Origin: Candidatus Gallimonas merdigallinarum
GTDB taxonomy: Bacteria; Bacillota; Clostridia; Christensenellales; Borkfalkiaceae
Direction: 5' to 3'
NCBI GenBank assembly: GCA_944346365.1
Contig: CALVMN010000004.1
Coordinates: 3,135 to 67,134, forward strand
DNA: 64,000 bases
A program made the translations under genes and the position numbers. Each line of letters opens with the position of its first letter. Positions within the stretch are counted from its first letter, which is position 1. The notes below the pieces were generated by a model, which saw only the letters and a list, made by a program, of their open reading frames with translations, was not told where the DNA came from and did no database searches. Shown piece by piece: positions 16,020-26,892 of this stretch.

Positions 16020-16048
16020 TTGACTTTCTCAAAAAAAACTGGTATATT
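16020..16048 (+). promoter_or_regulatory. Promoter of the S10 operon
   Basis: TTGACT (16020-16025), 17 nt, TGg-TATATT (-10 at 16043-16048), about 265 nt upstream of rpsJ. Confidence 0.6.
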
Positions 16049-16202
16049 ATACAGGCTGTGTCAAAGCGGCAGGTCTTTTGCCGCGCACACGAGCGTATTG
16101 GGTTGAGGCGGGAAGTTACTGAAAAATCGAGGCGAGAAAGCCCCTCGGCAGATAATTTCCGCTGACAAATGTGGGAGCATGACTCCTGCGACTAACCGAG
16201 GC

Positions 16203-16241
16203 TTTTGCGAGAAAACACCGCAAAACGACGCGTGTTTTTTT
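16203..16241 (+). promoter_or_regulatory. Attenuator-like element in the rpsJ leader
   Basis: Two mutually exclusive hairpins: TTTTGCG (16203-09)/CGCAAAA (16219-25), and AAAACAC (16212-18)/GTGTTTT (16232-38) ending in T7 (16235-41). Confidence 0.35.
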
Positions 16242-16316
16242 GATAGGGAACCTCGATACGCACGGGTGCGTTGACGCGCAGATTTCAAGTTAGTATAAAA
16301 AAGGAAGGAGTAAGCA

Positions 16317-16616
16317 ATGGCAAGTCAGAAAATCAGAATCAAACTTTCGGCGTACGATCACGAACTCGTCGATCAGGCTGCAAGCCGCATTGTGGAGACG
16401 ATGCAGAAGGGCGGGGCGAAGATCTCCGGTCCCATTCCGCTTCCCACGGAGAGAGAGGTCGTCACCATTTTGAGGAGCCCTCACAAGTACAAGGACTCCC
16501 GCGAGCAGTTCGAGCTTCGCACCTATAAGCGCATCATCGACATCTATTCCCCCAACGCGAAACTGCTCGATTCCATTCACCTGCCTGCAGGCGTGGATAT
16601 CAAGGTAAAACTGTAA
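16317..16616 (+). CDS. rpsJ: 30S ribosomal protein S10
   Basis: [20 protein letters not shown]... is the universal S10 sequence. First gene of the S10 operon. Confidence 0.98.
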   Translation: MASQKIRIKLSAYDHELVDQAASRIVETMQKGGAKISGPIPLPTEREVVTILRSPHKYKDSREQFELRTYKRIIDIYSPNAKLLDSIHLPAGVDIKVKL

Positions 16617-16672
16617 CACCGGATACTTGAACAAGGTATCGGAAAATAAGAAAGAAAGGAGTGAACTTTACG

Positions 16673-17305
16673 ATGGGTAAAGCAATCATCGGCCGCAAAG
16701 TGGGTATGACCCAGCTCTTTGCGGAGGACGGGAAGGTAATTCCCGTCACGGTCATCGAGGCCGGCCCCTGCCCCGTGGTGCAGGTCAAGACGACGGAGAC
16801 GGACGGTTACACCGCGCTCAAACTCGGCTTCCTCGATGCGAAGGAGAAGGCAATGAATAAGCCCGACCTCGGGCAGTTCAAGAAGGCGGGCGTCAAGCCC
16901 TGCAAGGTGCTGAAAGAGGTTCGCCTCGACAGCGTCGAAGGGTACAACGTCGGCGACGAGGTGAAAGCGGACGTGTTCGCGGCAGGCGACAGAGTGGACG
17001 CGAGCGGCGTGACGAAAGGTCACGGCTACACGGGCGTCATCAAGCGCTGGAACCAGCACCGCCTCAAAGAGACGCACGGCGTCGGCCCTGTTCACAGAGA
17101 GCCCGGCTCCATGGGTGCGAACAGCTCGCCCTCGCGCGTCTTTAAACACAAGAAGCTCGCAGGTCAGTACGGTGTCGAGAACGTCACCATCCAGAACCTC
17201 GAAGTGGTGCGCGTGGACGCACAGAGGAACGCCATCCTCGTCAAGGGTGCGATCCCCGGGCCGAAGGGAAGCGTCGTCACGTTGAAGACGAGCGTCAAGG
17301 CATAA
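16673..17305 (+). CDS. rplC: 50S ribosomal protein L3
   Basis: MGKAIIGRKVGMTQLF... ATG at 16673 after the AAAGGAG SD. The GTG at 16661 in the ORF track sits directly on the SD. Confidence 0.97.
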   Translation: MGKAIIGRKVGMTQLFAEDGKVIPVTVIEAGPCPVVQVKTTETDGYTALKLGFLDAKEKAMNKPDLGQFKKAGVKPCKVLKEVRLDSVEGYNVGDEVKADVFAAGDRVDASGVTKGHGYTGVIKRWNQHRLKETHGVGPVHREPGSMGANSSPSRVFKHKKLAGQYGVENVTIQNLEVVRVDAQRNAILVKGAIPGPKGSVVTLKTSVKA

Positions 17306-17316
17306 GGAGAACGGTC

Positions 17317-17940
17317 ATGGCAAACGTGAAAGTATACAATATGAAAGGAGAGGCGGTCGGCGATCTCGAACTTTCCGACAAGGTGTTCGGCGTCGAGTAC
17401 AACGAGCCGCTCATTCATCAGGCGGTTGTCACCTACCTGAGCAATCAGCGTCAGGGCACCAAGTCCACCCTCACCCGTACGGAAGTGCGCGGCGGCGGTG
17501 CGAAGCCTTGGAGACAGAAGGGCACCGGCCGTGCGCGTCAGGGTTCCATCCGCGCACCGCAGTGGACGAAGGGCGGCGTCGTGTTCGCACCCAAGTCGCG
17601 CGACTTCTCCAAGAAAATGAATCTGAGCGCAAAGCGCGGGGCGCTTGTCTCCGCACTTTCCAAGAAGGTCGCAGACGGAGAGCTGTTTGTCGTGGACGAA
17701 CTCAAAGTCTCCGCACCCAAGACCAAGGAGATGGAAGCCTTCCGCAAGGCGATGAAGCTGGATAAGCGTACGGTCGTCGTCATGGACGAGAACGATCAGG
17801 ACGTCATCATCGCGGCGCGCAACCTTCCCACGCTCTCCACGATCTCCGTTTCCGAGATCAACACCTATGAGATCGTGGCGAACGCCGTCGTCGTGCTCAC
17901 GAAGGGTTCCGTGAAGAAACTCGAGGAGGTATACGCATAA
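17317..17940 (+). CDS. rplD: 50S ribosomal protein L4
   Basis: Family match (RQGTKSTLTRTEVRGGGAKPWRQKGTGRARQGS) and operon order. Confidence 0.98.
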   Translation: MANVKVYNMKGEAVGDLELSDKVFGVEYNEPLIHQAVVTYLSNQRQGTKSTLTRTEVRGGGAKPWRQKGTGRARQGSIRAPQWTKGGVVFAPKSRDFSKKMNLSAKRGALVSALSKKVADGELFVVDELKVSAPKTKEMEAFRKAMKLDKRTVVVMDENDQDVIIAARNLPTLSTISVSEINTYEIVANAVVVLTKGSVKKLEEVYA

Positions 17941-18230
17941 TGACGCCCGAGGATATCATTTTGAAACCCGTCCTGACCGAGAAAGGGTACGACGGGATCG
18001 CGGACAAGCGCTATACGTTCACCGTCGCGAAATCCGCAAATAAAACGCAGATCAAGATTGCCGTCGAGAAGATGTTCGGCGTACACGTCAAGAGCGTGAA
18101 CACCGTCACCTGCCCCGGCAAGAAGAAGAGAATGGGCAGATATGAAGGCTACACGCCCACGACGAAGAAAGCGGTGGTTACGCTCTTCGAGGACAGCAAG
18201 CCCATCGAGTACTTCAACTCGTTATCGTAA
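17940..18230 (+). CDS. rplW: 50S ribosomal protein L23
   Basis: Family match; TAATG overlap with rplD. Confidence 0.97.
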   Translation: MTPEDIILKPVLTEKGYDGIADKRYTFTVAKSANKTQIKIAVEKMFGVHVKSVNTVTCPGKKKRMGRYEGYTPTTKKAVVTLFEDSKPIEYFNSLS

Positions 18231-18248
18231 CAAGCGGAGGATAGGAAC

Positions 18249-19076
18249 ATGGCAGTCAAGAGATATAAACCCACTTCTCCCGCCCGCCGTCTGATGACGG
18301 TTGCCGATTACGGGCAGATCTCCAAGGAGAAGCCGCACCGCGCGCTTCTCGAAGATCAGCGCAAGTCGGGCGGCAGAAACAATGCGGGCAAGATCACCGT
18401 CCGTCACATCGGAGGCGGCAACAAGAGAAAATACCGCATCATCGACTACAAGCGCAACAAGGACGGCATTCCCGCAACGGTGAAGAGCATCCAGTACGAT
18501 CCCAACCGCAGCGCGTACATCGCGCTCCTTGCATACGCGGACGGCGAAAAGCGCTATATCCTCGCGCCCGTCGGTCTGAACGTCGGCGACAAAGTCGTCA
18601 GCGGCGCAGGGGCGGACATCAAGGTCGGCAACGCGCTTCCCCTGACGGATATCCCCGTCGGTACGGTCATCCACAACATCGAGATGAAACCGGGCCGCGG
18701 CGGTCAGATCGCGAGAGGCGCAGGCGCTTCCGCGCAGCTCATGGCGCGCGAAGGCGACTATGCGACGATCAAAATGCCTTCCGGCGAAATGCGTCTCATT
18801 CCCGCGGTGTGCCGCGCGACCATCGGTCAGGTCGGCAACCTCGAACACGAGATCATCCGCATCGGAAAAGCGGGTAAGACCCGCCATCTCGGAACGCGTC
18901 CCACCGTGCGTGGTTCGGTCATGAACCCCAACGATCACCCTCACGGCGGTGGCGAAGGCAAGTCGCCCGTCGGTCATGCCGGTCCCGAAACGCCTTGGGG
19001 CAAGCCGGCGCTCGGATACAAGACGAGAAAGAAGAAGAATCCGACGAGCAAATTCATCTTGAAGAGGATCAATTAA
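18249..19076 (+). CDS. rplB: 50S ribosomal protein L2
   Basis: [14 protein letters not shown]...GGGEGK is the universal L2. Confidence 0.98.
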   Translation: MAVKRYKPTSPARRLMTVADYGQISKEKPHRALLEDQRKSGGRNNAGKITVRHIGGGNKRKYRIIDYKRNKDGIPATVKSIQYDPNRSAYIALLAYADGEKRYILAPVGLNVGDKVVSGAGADIKVGNALPLTDIPVGTVIHNIEMKPGRGGQIARGAGASAQLMAREGDYATIKMPSGEMRLIPAVCRATIGQVGNLEHEIIRIGKAGKTRHLGTRPTVRGSVMNPNDHPHGGGEGKSPVGHAGPETPWGKPALGYKTRKKKNPTSKFILKRIN

Positions 19077-19089
19077 GGGAGGACAGGTC

Positions 19090-19371
19090 ATGTCGAGAAG
19101 CGTTAAGAAAGGGCCTTACGTCGAAGCGAAGCTGCTGGCTCGCATTGAGGCGATGAACGAGGCAAACGAGAAGAAAGTCTTAAAGACTTGGTCGAGAGCA
19201 TCGACGATCTTCCCCCAGATGGTCGGACACACGATCGCCGTTTACGACGGGCGTAAGCACGTACCCGTATACGTAACGGAGGACATGGTGGGCTGCAAGC
19301 TCGGCGAGTTCGCTCCCACGAGAACGTTCAAAGGGCACACGGCAAAGACGAGTGCGCCCGGTAAGAAGTAA
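19090..19371 (+). CDS. rpsS: 30S ribosomal protein S19
   Basis: [11 protein letters not shown]... Confidence 0.98.
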   Translation: MSRSVKKGPYVEAKLLARIEAMNEANEKKVLKTWSRASTIFPQMVGHTIAVYDGRKHVPVYVTEDMVGCKLGEFAPTRTFKGHTAKTSAPGKK

Positions 19372-19382
19372 GGAGACAGGAT

Positions 19383-19784
19383 ATGGCGACGAATATGAAG
19401 AAGAAGACGGCACGCGTGGAAGAGCGCAGAGAGACGCGCCCCTACGCCGTCGCGAAATACGTCCGCATCTCTCCCTACAAGGTCCGCACCGTGCTCGACC
19501 TCATCCGCGGCAAGTCCGTGAGAGAGGCGCAGGCGATCCTCGAACACAGCGTGAACGGCGGCGCGGCGCCCACCAAGAAGGTGCTCATGAGCGCGGTTGC
19601 GAACGCGGAGCATAATCAGGGCATGGACAGAGGCGATCTTTATGTGGCAGAGTGCTATGCAAACGGCGGTACGATGCTCAAAAGAATGCAGCCCGTCTCC
19701 AAGGGCAGAGGTCACGCGATCCTCAAAAGAACGAGCCACATTACGGTGATTCTGGACGTGAAGAAAGCGGAGGGAGAAATCTAA
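19383..19784 (+). CDS. rplV: 50S ribosomal protein L22
   Basis: Family match and operon order. Carries a ~20-aa N-terminal Lys/Arg-rich extension. Confidence 0.96.
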   Translation: MATNMKKKTARVEERRETRPYAVAKYVRISPYKVRTVLDLIRGKSVREAQAILEHSVNGGAAPTKKVLMSAVANAEHNQGMDRGDLYVAECYANGGTMLKRMQPVSKGRGHAILKRTSHITVILDVKKAEGEI

Positions 19785-19785
19785 C

Positions 19786-20445
19786 ATGGGTCAGAAAGTC
19801 AATCCTCACGGTTTGAGAGTAGGCGTTATCAAGGGCTGGGATACGCAGTGGTACGCCGATAAGAAAGAGTTTGCGGCATATCTCAAAGAAGACCACACCA
19901 TCCGCACCTTTTTGAAGAAGAAGTACTACGCGGCGGCTGTTTCCCGCATCCTCATCGAGCGTGCGGCGGGCAGAATCGTCGTTACCGTGTATACGGGCCG
20001 CCCCGGCGTGCTCATCGGCAAAGCCGGTTCGGAGATCGAGGTCATCAAGAAGGATCTCGCGAAGCTCACGGGCGGCAAGCAGGTGAACGTGAACATTACC
20101 GAAGTGCGCAAACCCGACGCGGACGCTCAGCTCGTTGCGGAGAGCGTTGCGGCGCAGCTTGAAAAGCGCATGGCGTTCCGCCGCGCGATCAAGCAGGCGA
20201 TCGGCAGGACGATGCGCGCAGGCGTCAAGGGCGTCAAGATGCAGGTCAGCGGCCGTCTCGACGGACGCGAGATCGCGGGCTGCGAGCACTATCACGAGGG
20301 TAGCATCCCCCTTCAGACGCTCCGCGCCGACATCGACTACGGCTTTGCGGAGGCGCACACGACGTTCGGCATGATCGGCGTCAAGTGCTGGATCTACAAG
20401 GGTGAAGTCCTGAAAGCCGCGAAGAAGGCGGAAGGAGGCAAATAA
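19786..20445 (+). CDS. rpsC: 30S ribosomal protein S3
   Basis: [13 protein letters not shown]... Confidence 0.98.
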   Translation: MGQKVNPHGLRVGVIKGWDTQWYADKKEFAAYLKEDHTIRTFLKKKYYAAAVSRILIERAAGRIVVTVYTGRPGVLIGKAGSEIEVIKKDLAKLTGGKQVNVNITEVRKPDADAQLVAESVAAQLEKRMAFRRAIKQAIGRTMRAGVKGVKMQVSGRLDGREIAGCEHYHEGSIPLQTLRADIDYGFAEAHTTFGMIGVKCWIYKGEVLKAAKKAEGGK

Positions 20446-20894
20446 TGTTAATCCCTAAGAGAGTGAAGAGAAGAAAGCAGCACCGCCCCAACATGAAGGG
20501 CAGCGCGCAGAAGGGCAATACCATCGCATACGGCGAGTACGGTCTCGTTGCCGAGGAAGCAGGCTGGATCAAATCCAACCAGATCGAGGCAGCCCGTATC
20601 GCAATGACCCGTTTCATCAAGCGCGGCGGTAAAGTCTGGATCGACATCTTCCCCCACAAGCCCATCACCCGCCATCCCGCGGAAGCCCGTATGGGTTCCG
20701 GTAAGGGCGGCGTCGAGTTCTGGGTCGCTGTGGTGAAGCCCGGCAGAGTAATGTTTGAAATGGCGGGCGTCAGCGAGGAGGTTGCACGCGAGGCAATGCG
20801 TCTTGCGGCGCACAAGCTCCCCGTCAAGTGCAAGTTTATCAAGAAAGAGGCGGAAGTTCCCGCCGAAAATACCCAGGAAGGCGGTGAAGGCTGA
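20445..20894 (+). CDS. rplP: 50S ribosomal protein L16
   Basis: [14 protein letters not shown]... Confidence 0.98.
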   Translation: MLIPKRVKRRKQHRPNMKGSAQKGNTIAYGEYGLVAEEAGWIKSNQIEAARIAMTRFIKRGGKVWIDIFPHKPITRHPAEARMGSGKGGVEFWVAVVKPGRVMFEMAGVSEEVAREAMRLAAHKLPVKCKFIKKEAEVPAENTQEGGEG

Positions 20895-21085
20895 TGAAAG
20901 GGAATGAATTCAAGAACATGACCGACGTCGAGCTCACGAAAAAGCTCCAAGATCTGAAAAGCGAGCTTTTCAACCTCCGCTTCCGTCACGCTTCGGGACA
21001 GCTCGAAAACCCTGTCTCGATCAGAACGTGCAAGCGGGATATCGCGCGCGTGAATACCGAGCTTCGGTCGCGCCAGGCGAAGTGA
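20894..21085 (+). CDS. rpmC: 50S ribosomal protein L29
   Basis: Family match; 1-nt overlap with rplP. Confidence 0.96.
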   Translation: MKGNEFKNMTDVELTKKLQDLKSELFNLRFRHASGQLENPVSIRTCKRDIARVNTELRSRQAK

Positions 21086-21095
21086 GGAGGACAGT

Positions 21096-21350
21096 ATGGA
21101 AAGAAATCTGAGAAAGGAAATCGTGGGTGTCGTCGTCTCCGACAAGATGGATAAGACCGTGGTCGTAGCCGTCTCCGAGAAGCGCCCGCACCCGCTGTAC
21201 AAGAAAACGATCACCTACACCCGCCGTTTCAAGGCGCACGACGAAGCAAACGAATGCGGCGTCGGCGACAAGGTACGCATCGTCGAGACGCGCAAGCTCA
21301 GCAAAGATAAGAACTGGCGCGTTGCCGAGATCGTCGAGAAGGCGAAGTAA
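21096..21350 (+). CDS. rpsQ: 30S ribosomal protein S17
   Basis: Family match ([14 protein letters not shown]). Confidence 0.97.
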   Translation: MERNLRKEIVGVVVSDKMDKTVVVAVSEKRPHPLYKKTITYTRRFKAHDEANECGVGDKVRIVETRKLSKDKNWRVAEIVEKAK

Positions 21351-21367
21351 GCGGGAGGAGAAGAGAA

Positions 21368-21736
21368 ATGATACAACCTCAGACCAGATTAAAAGCGGCG
21401 GACAACTCGGGCGCGAAAGAGCTCATGTGCATCCGCGTGCTTGGCGGCTCTTTCAGAAGGAGCGGCAATATCGGCGACGTCATCGTCGCATCCGTCAAGA
21501 CGGCGACCCCCGGCGGCGCCGTGAAGAAGGGCGACGTCGTGAAGGCGGTCATCGTACGCAGTTCGAAGGGCATCCGCCGTGCGGACGGTACCTATATCCG
21601 TTTCGACGACAACGCAGCCGTCATCATCGACAGCCAGAAGCAACCCAAGGGGACGCGTATCTTCGGCCCCATCGCGAGAGAACTGAGAGAGAAGGATTAC
21701 ATGAGAATCATCTCCCTCGCTCCCGAGGTTCTGTAA
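21368..21736 (+). CDS. rplN: 50S ribosomal protein L14
   Basis: [27 protein letters not shown]... Confidence 0.98.
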   Translation: MIQPQTRLKAADNSGAKELMCIRVLGGSFRRSGNIGDVIVASVKTATPGGAVKKGDVVKAVIVRSSKGIRRADGTYIRFDDNAAVIIDSQKQPKGTRIFGPIARELREKDYMRIISLAPEVL

Positions 21737-21748
21737 GGAGGCGCTCCC

Positions 21749-22189
21749 ATGAAGGTTAAAGTCAACGATAACGTGCTCGTAATCACGGGTAAATACAAGG
21801 GCAAACAGGGCAAGGTTCTGAAGACTTATCCCGACGATAAGAAGGTCGTCGTCGAAGGCGTGAATATCGTGCACAAGCACGAGAAGGCGCGCCGCGCGAA
21901 CGATACCAGCAAGATCGTCACGGAGGAGGCGCCTATCGACGTTTCCAACGTCGAAGTCGTGTGCGATCAGTGCGGCAAGGCGACCCGCGTTGCCCACACC
22001 GTCATCGACGGCAAGAAGGTCCGCGTCTGCAAGAAGTGCGGCGCATCGCTCGACAAGGCGTACGTAAAGAAGGTCAAGGCACAGCAGGCGGCGGAGGAAG
22101 AAGCTCCCAAGAAGCGCACGAGAAAGCGCAGCAAGAAGGCGGAAGAGACCGCGGCTCCCGAGACTGCGCCCGAAGGCGACAAAGAGTGA
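21749..22189 (+). CDS. rplX: 50S ribosomal protein L24, variant with CxxC...CxxC and a long charged C-terminal tail
   Basis: KOW N-terminus MKVKVNDNVLVITGKYKGKQGKV. Then VCDQCGKATRVAHTVIDGKKVRVCKKCG plus a ~45-aa K/A/E-rich tail. Confidence 0.95.
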   Translation: MKVKVNDNVLVITGKYKGKQGKVLKTYPDDKKVVVEGVNIVHKHEKARRANDTSKIVTEEAPIDVSNVEVVCDQCGKATRVAHTVIDGKKVRVCKKCGASLDKAYVKKVKAQQAAEEEAPKKRTRKRSKKAEETAAPETAPEGDKE

Positions 22190-22200
22190 GGGATTAGGTT

Positions 22201-22803
22201 ATGGCAGAGAAAAAGACGGCAGCAAAGGCTGCGGCAACAACCAAGACGGCAGAAGCGAAAACGCCGAGCAGAGTCAAAGCGCTCTACGATACCGAAGTCG
22301 TTCCCTATCTCATGAAGAAGTTCGGCTATAAGTCGGTGATGCAGGTTCCTCGTATCGAGAAGATCGTCATCAATACCGGTCTCGGAGACATCAAGGACAA
22401 CCAGAAGTCCATGCAGATCACCGAGAACGAGCTGAAACTCATCACGGGTCAGAAGCCCATCTACCGCAAGGCAACCAAGTCGGTCGCAAACTTCAAGGTG
22501 AGAGAGGGCATGAACATCGGGCTGAAAGTGACGCTCCGCGGCAGAAGGATGTACGACTTCTACGATAAGCTCGTCTCCATCGCGCTGCCCCGCGTCCGCG
22601 ACTTCCGCGGCGTTTCCGACAAAGCGTTCGACGGCAGAGGCAACTATGCGCTCGGACTCAAAGAGCAGCTGATTTTCCCCGAGATCACTTACGATCAGGT
22701 CGAGAAGATCCGCGGCATGGACGTGTGCATCGTCACGACGGCTACAACGGACGAAGAGGCAAGAGAGCTTCTGAAAGCGCTCGGAATGCCCTTCAAGAAG
22801 TAA
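22201..22803 (+). CDS. rplE: 50S ribosomal protein L5 with an Ala/Lys/Thr-rich N-terminal extension
   Basis: The core starts at [20 protein letters not shown]. About 21 extra N-terminal residues, [21 protein letters not shown]. Confidence 0.96.
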   Translation: MAEKKTAAKAAATTKTAEAKTPSRVKALYDTEVVPYLMKKFGYKSVMQVPRIEKIVINTGLGDIKDNQKSMQITENELKLITGQKPIYRKATKSVANFKVREGMNIGLKVTLRGRRMYDFYDKLVSIALPRVRDFRGVSDKAFDGRGNYALGLKEQLIFPEITYDQVEKIRGMDVCIVTTATTDEEARELLKALGMPFKK

Positions 22804-22815
22804 GGAGAAGCAGAC

Positions 22816-23001
22816 ATGGCAAAGAAGTCAATGATCAACAAACAGCAAAGGGAGCCCAAGTTCTCTACGAGAGCGTATACGCGCTGCTCTATCTGCGGGC
22901 GTCCGCACGCGGTCCTGCGTAAGTACGGGATCTGCCGTATCTGCTTCCGCGAACTCGCATACAAGGGGCAGATCCCCGGCGTGAAGAAATCGAGCTGGTA
23001 A
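22816..23001 (+). CDS. rpsN: 30S ribosomal protein S14 type Z (zinc-binding, 61 aa)
   Basis: [23 protein letters not shown], the C+ short form. Confidence 0.97.
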   Translation: MAKKSMINKQQREPKFSTRAYTRCSICGRPHAVLRKYGICRICFRELAYKGQIPGVKKSSW

Positions 23002-23012
23002 GGAGGCAGAAT

Positions 23013-23405
23013 ATGACGGATCCTATCGCAGATATGCTCACCAGAATCAGAAACGCGCTCACGGTCAGAAAGGAGACGGTGGAAGTTCCCGCCTCCAACA
23101 TGAAGCGGGAGATTGCACGCATCCTCGTCGAAGAGGGTTACGTGAAGGACGTGAAAGAGGTCGAGGACGGCTACAACGGCAAGCTCGTGCTCACTCTCAA
23201 ATACACGGAGGACGGCAAGTCCGTTATCGGCGGGCTTAAACGCGTCTCCAAACCCGGTCTGCGCGCGTACAGCGGCGCCGCGAACATGCCCAAAGTGCTG
23301 GGCGGCTTCGGCATCGCGATCGTGTCCACGAACAAGGGTATCATGACGGATAAGCAGGCAAAGGCAGCCAACGTCGGCGGCGAAGTGCTCTGCTACGTCT
23401 ACTAA
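23013..23405 (+). CDS. rpsH: 30S ribosomal protein S8
   Basis: [15 protein letters not shown]... Confidence 0.98.
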   Translation: MTDPIADMLTRIRNALTVRKETVEVPASNMKREIARILVEEGYVKDVKEVEDGYNGKLVLTLKYTEDGKSVIGGLKRVSKPGLRAYSGAANMPKVLGGFGIAIVSTNKGIMTDKQAKAANVGGEVLCYVY

Positions 23406-23416
23406 GGAGGGGAACT

Positions 23417-23965
23417 ATGTCGAGAATCGGTAAACTGAGTATCGCGGTTCCCGCGGGCGTTACCGTTGAATTCAAGGACGGCGTCGTCACCGTAAAGGGT
23501 GCGAAAGGTACGCTTTCCCAGAAGATCACGGGCGCCATCGATGTGAAAAACGAAAACGGTCACGTGCAGGTCGTCGCACTCGACGGCGCGCAGCAGACCA
23601 ATGCGCTTCACGGCCTCTATCGCGCGCTGATCGCGAACATGGTCAAGGGCGTTTCCGAGGGCTATTCCAAGGGGCTCGAAGTCAAGGGCGTCGGTTGGAG
23701 AGCGGCAATGCAGGGCAACAAGCTCGTGCTCAACGTCGGTTTCTCTCATCCCGTCGAGTTCGTGCAGCCCGAGGGCATCAAGATCGAATGCCCTTCGCAG
23801 ACGGAGATCACCGTTTCGGGCGTCGACAAAGTGCTTGTCGGTCAGGTTGCGGCGGATCTCAGAGCCATCCGTGTGCCCGAGCCTTACCACGGCTACGGCA
23901 TCCGCTACAAGGGCGAGCACGTCGAGCACAAGGAAGGCAAGACTTCCGGTAAGGGCAAGAAGTAA
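23417..23965 (+). CDS. rplF: 50S ribosomal protein L6
   Basis: [15 protein letters not shown]... Confidence 0.98.
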   Translation: MSRIGKLSIAVPAGVTVEFKDGVVTVKGAKGTLSQKITGAIDVKNENGHVQVVALDGAQQTNALHGLYRALIANMVKGVSEGYSKGLEVKGVGWRAAMQGNKLVLNVGFSHPVEFVQPEGIKIECPSQTEITVSGVDKVLVGQVAADLRAIRVPEPYHGYGIRYKGEHVEHKEGKTSGKGKK

Positions 23966-23976
23966 AGGAGCGCGAA

Positions 23977-24345
23977 ATGATTACGAAAATTGATAAGAAC
24001 GCGGTTCGTCAGCGTCGTCACGCTCGCGTCCGCAAGCAGGTCTCGGGCACCGCTGAAACGCCCCGCCTGAACGTGTACAGAAGCCTCAATCACGTCTACG
24101 TGCAGGTCATCGACGACGTGAAGGGCGTTACGCTTGCTTCCGCATCCACCATGGAGAAGGGCATCCGCGAGCAGCTCGCGGGCAAGACCAAGACGGAAGC
24201 CGCCAAGCTCGTCGGGCTTACCGCGGGCGAGCGCGCCAAGGAGAAGGGGATCGAGGCGGTTGTGTTCGACCGCGGCGGTTACCTCTACACGGGACGCGTA
24301 AAGGCAGTTGCGGACGGCGCGCGCGAAGCCGGACTGAAATTCTGA
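23977..24345 (+). CDS. rplR: 50S ribosomal protein L18
   Basis: Family match and operon order. Confidence 0.97.
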   Translation: MITKIDKNAVRQRRHARVRKQVSGTAETPRLNVYRSLNHVYVQVIDDVKGVTLASASTMEKGIREQLAGKTKTEAAKLVGLTAGERAKEKGIEAVVFDRGGYLYTGRVKAVADGAREAGLKF

Positions 24346-24358
24346 GGAGGATAGAGAT

Positions 24359-24877
24359 ATGGCAAGAGAAAACAGACCTCCGAGAAGGCAGGAAGAAAAC
24401 GACGGTCTCATCAAAAAGACCATCGAGATCAACCGCGTCAGCAAGACGGTAAAGGGCGGCAAGAACATGCGTTTTGCAGCGCTCGTCGTCGTCGGCGACG
24501 GGAACGGCAAAGTCGGCTACGGTCAGGGCAAGTCCAAGGAAGTGCCCGAAGCGATCGAAAAGGCGACGCAGGCTGCAAAGAAGAACATGATCAACGTTCC
24601 CATCGTGGATACGACCATTCCTCACGAGACGATCGGCAAGTTCGGCAAGGGCGCAGTGCTTATGCTCCCCGCCGAAGCCGGTACGGGCGTGATCGCGGGC
24701 GGTCCCGTCCGTGCGGTCATGGAAGCTGCGGGCATCAAGAACATCAGAACGAAGTCTCACGGTACGCAGAATGCGGGCAACTGCATCAAGGCGACGATCG
24801 CGGGTCTCTCTTCCCTGAAAACGGCGGAAGAAGTCGCTGCGCTTCGCGGCAAGTCCGTGGAAGAGATCGTGGGCTAA
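24359..24877 (+). CDS. rpsE: 30S ribosomal protein S5
   Basis: Family match ([24 protein letters not shown]). Confidence 0.98.
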   Translation: MARENRPPRRQEENDGLIKKTIEINRVSKTVKGGKNMRFAALVVVGDGNGKVGYGQGKSKEVPEAIEKATQAAKKNMINVPIVDTTIPHETIGKFGKGAVLMLPAEAGTGVIAGGPVRAVMEAAGIKNIRTKSHGTQNAGNCIKATIAGLSSLKTAEEVAALRGKSVEEIVG

Positions 24878-24888
24878 GGAGGCGTTAA

Positions 24889-25062
24889 ATGATCAAAGTT
24901 ACGCTTGTAAAGAGCACGATCGGTGAGATCGCATCCGTAAAAGAGACGATCGCCGCGCTGGGTCTGAAAAAGATCCGCTCGGAGAAAACGTTCGAGGATT
25001 CGCCCGCATTGCAGGGGCAGCTCAAAAAGGTCGCGCACCTTGTGAAGGTAGAGACCGTATAA
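24889..25062 (+). CDS. rpmD: 50S ribosomal protein L30
   Basis: Not in the ORF track (57 aa). My translation is [66 protein letters not shown]; expected position between rpsE and rplO. Confidence 0.9.
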   Translation: MIKVTLVKSTIGEIASVKETIAALGLKKIRSEKTFEDSPALQGQLKKVAHLVKVETV

Positions 25063-25072
25063 GGAGTCAGAC

Positions 25073-25519
25073 ATGAGAATAGATACGATCGCTCCCGCAG
25101 AGGGAGCAAGAACTTCTGAAAAGCGCCTCGGCCGCGGCATCGGCTCCGGACTCGGCAAGACGAGCGGCAAGGGTCATAAAGGTCAGTGGGCTCGTTCGGG
25201 CGGCGGCGTCCGTCCCGGGTTCGAGGGCGGTCAGATGCCCCTTGCGCGCAGAATTCCCAAGCGCGGGTTCAACAATCACTTCCGCAAGGAATATGTGATC
25301 GTCAATCTTTCCGCTCTTGCAGATCTGCCCGCGGGCACGGTGGTCGACTACGGCTTTGTGCTTGAAAACGGCCTTGCAAAAGACGTGAAGAACAACGCCG
25401 GACTCAAAGTCCTCGGCGACGGCGAGCTCAACTCCGCGATCACGGTGCGCGCAGCCAAGTTCTCCGCGAGTGCTAAAGAGGGCATTGAGAAGGCGGGCGG
25501 TACGGCGGAAACCGTATAA
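25073..25519 (+). CDS. rplO: 50S ribosomal protein L15
   Basis: Family match ([19 protein letters not shown]). Confidence 0.97.
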   Translation: MRIDTIAPAEGARTSEKRLGRGIGSGLGKTSGKGHKGQWARSGGGVRPGFEGGQMPLARRIPKRGFNNHFRKEYVIVNLSALADLPAGTVVDYGFVLENGLAKDVKNNAGLKVLGDGELNSAITVRAAKFSASAKEGIEKAGGTAETV

Positions 25520-25574
25520 CGTTTCGCCTTTTCGGCGGCCGTAAACAGCGGCAAACTTCGGAAAGGAGCGAAGC

Positions 25575-26867
25575 ATGATTGAAACATTGAAAAACGCCTT
25601 CGGGAACAAGGACATCAGAAAGAAGATCATTCTGACTCTTCTTCTGCTGCTCCTGTTCCGCGTCGGATGCTATATCCCCGTTCCGGGTCTCACGCGCGAC
25701 GCGTTTTCCAACGCCGTCGGCGGGAACGACTTCCTGACGCTCATGAGCGGCATCACGGGCAGCGCGCTTGCGAACGGCACGCTGTTCGCGCTCGGCATCG
25801 GACCGTACATCAACGCGTCCATTATCATGCAGCTTCTCACGGTCGGCATTCCCGCGCTCGAACGTCTCTCCAAGCAGGGCGAAGAGGGCAGAAAAAAGAT
25901 CACCAATATCACGCGTATCGTCACCATCATTCTCGCCGTCGTGCAGTCAATCGGCATCATCGTCATGTTCGGTCAGACGTCGGACGCGGTGAACACGTCC
26001 TACTTCTTCAACTCGATGTGGGTCGCGGGAATTTTCATGACGATCGTCTACACGGCGGGCGCGTGTCTCGTCATGTGGATCGGCGAGCGTATCACCGAAT
26101 ACGGCGTCGGCAACGGGATCTCGATGATCATCTTCATCGGTATCCTCTCCACCGCAGGCACGAGTCTCGTTGAAAAGTTCATCGAAGTGTTCCAGGGACA
26201 GGTCGGCGAGCTGTGGAACATCGCACTGTTCGTATTCCTTGTGCTCGTCATCTTCTTCCTGATCGTGTTCGTTGACCTTGCGGAGCGCCGCATTCCGGTG
26301 CAGTACGCGAAGCAGGTGCGCGGCACCAAGATGTACGGCGGTCAGTCCTCCGTCATCCCCATGAAGATTACGGGAAGCGGCGTTATGCCTCTCATCTTCG
26401 CCTACGCGATCGTGTCCTTCCCGTCCATGATCATGAGCCTTGTGCCGAGCTGGTCGGATGAACTCACGTGGTGGAACAATAACTTTGCCAACGGCACCGT
26501 CTGGTATATCCTCGTCCTGTGCGTCCTCATCTTTGTGTTTGCGTTCTTCTACGCGCAGATCCAGTTCAATCCCGAAGACGTCTCGCGGAGTATCCAACAG
26601 AACGGCGGCTTCATTCAGGGCATCCGCCCCGGGAAGCCCACGGCAGAGTACCTCTCGCGCATCAACAAGCGTATTACGCTGTTCGGCGCCATCTTCCTCA
26701 CCCTCGTCGCGTTCGTTCCCTCGATCGCGTTCTCGTGGGCGGGGCAGGATCTCGTCAACGTGTTCTCTACGACGGGTATCCTCATCGTCGTCTCGGTTGC
26801 GCTCGAATTTGATAAACAGCTGCAATCGCAGATCATGATGAAGAACTACAAAGGTTTCCTCAAATAA
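25575..26867 (+). CDS. secY: Preprotein translocase subunit SecY
   Basis: 430 aa, 10-TM pattern, conserved position after rplO. Confidence 0.97.
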   Translation: MIETLKNAFGNKDIRKKIILTLLLLLLFRVGCYIPVPGLTRDAFSNAVGGNDFLTLMSGITGSALANGTLFALGIGPYINASIIMQLLTVGIPALERLSKQGEEGRKKITNITRIVTIILAVVQSIGIIVMFGQTSDAVNTSYFFNSMWVAGIFMTIVYTAGACLVMWIGERITEYGVGNGISMIIFIGILSTAGTSLVEKFIEVFQGQVGELWNIALFVFLVLVIFFLIVFVDLAERRIPVQYAKQVRGTKMYGGQSSVIPMKITGSGVMPLIFAYAIVSFPSMIMSLVPSWSDELTWWNNNFANGTVWYILVLCVLIFVFAFFYAQIQFNPEDVSRSIQQNGGFIQGIRPGKPTAEYLSRINKRITLFGAIFLTLVAFVPSIAFSWAGQDLVNVFSTTGILIVVSVALEFDKQLQSQIMMKNYKGFLK

Positions 26868-26892
26868 TATTCAATAAAAGGAGGATCACGGC

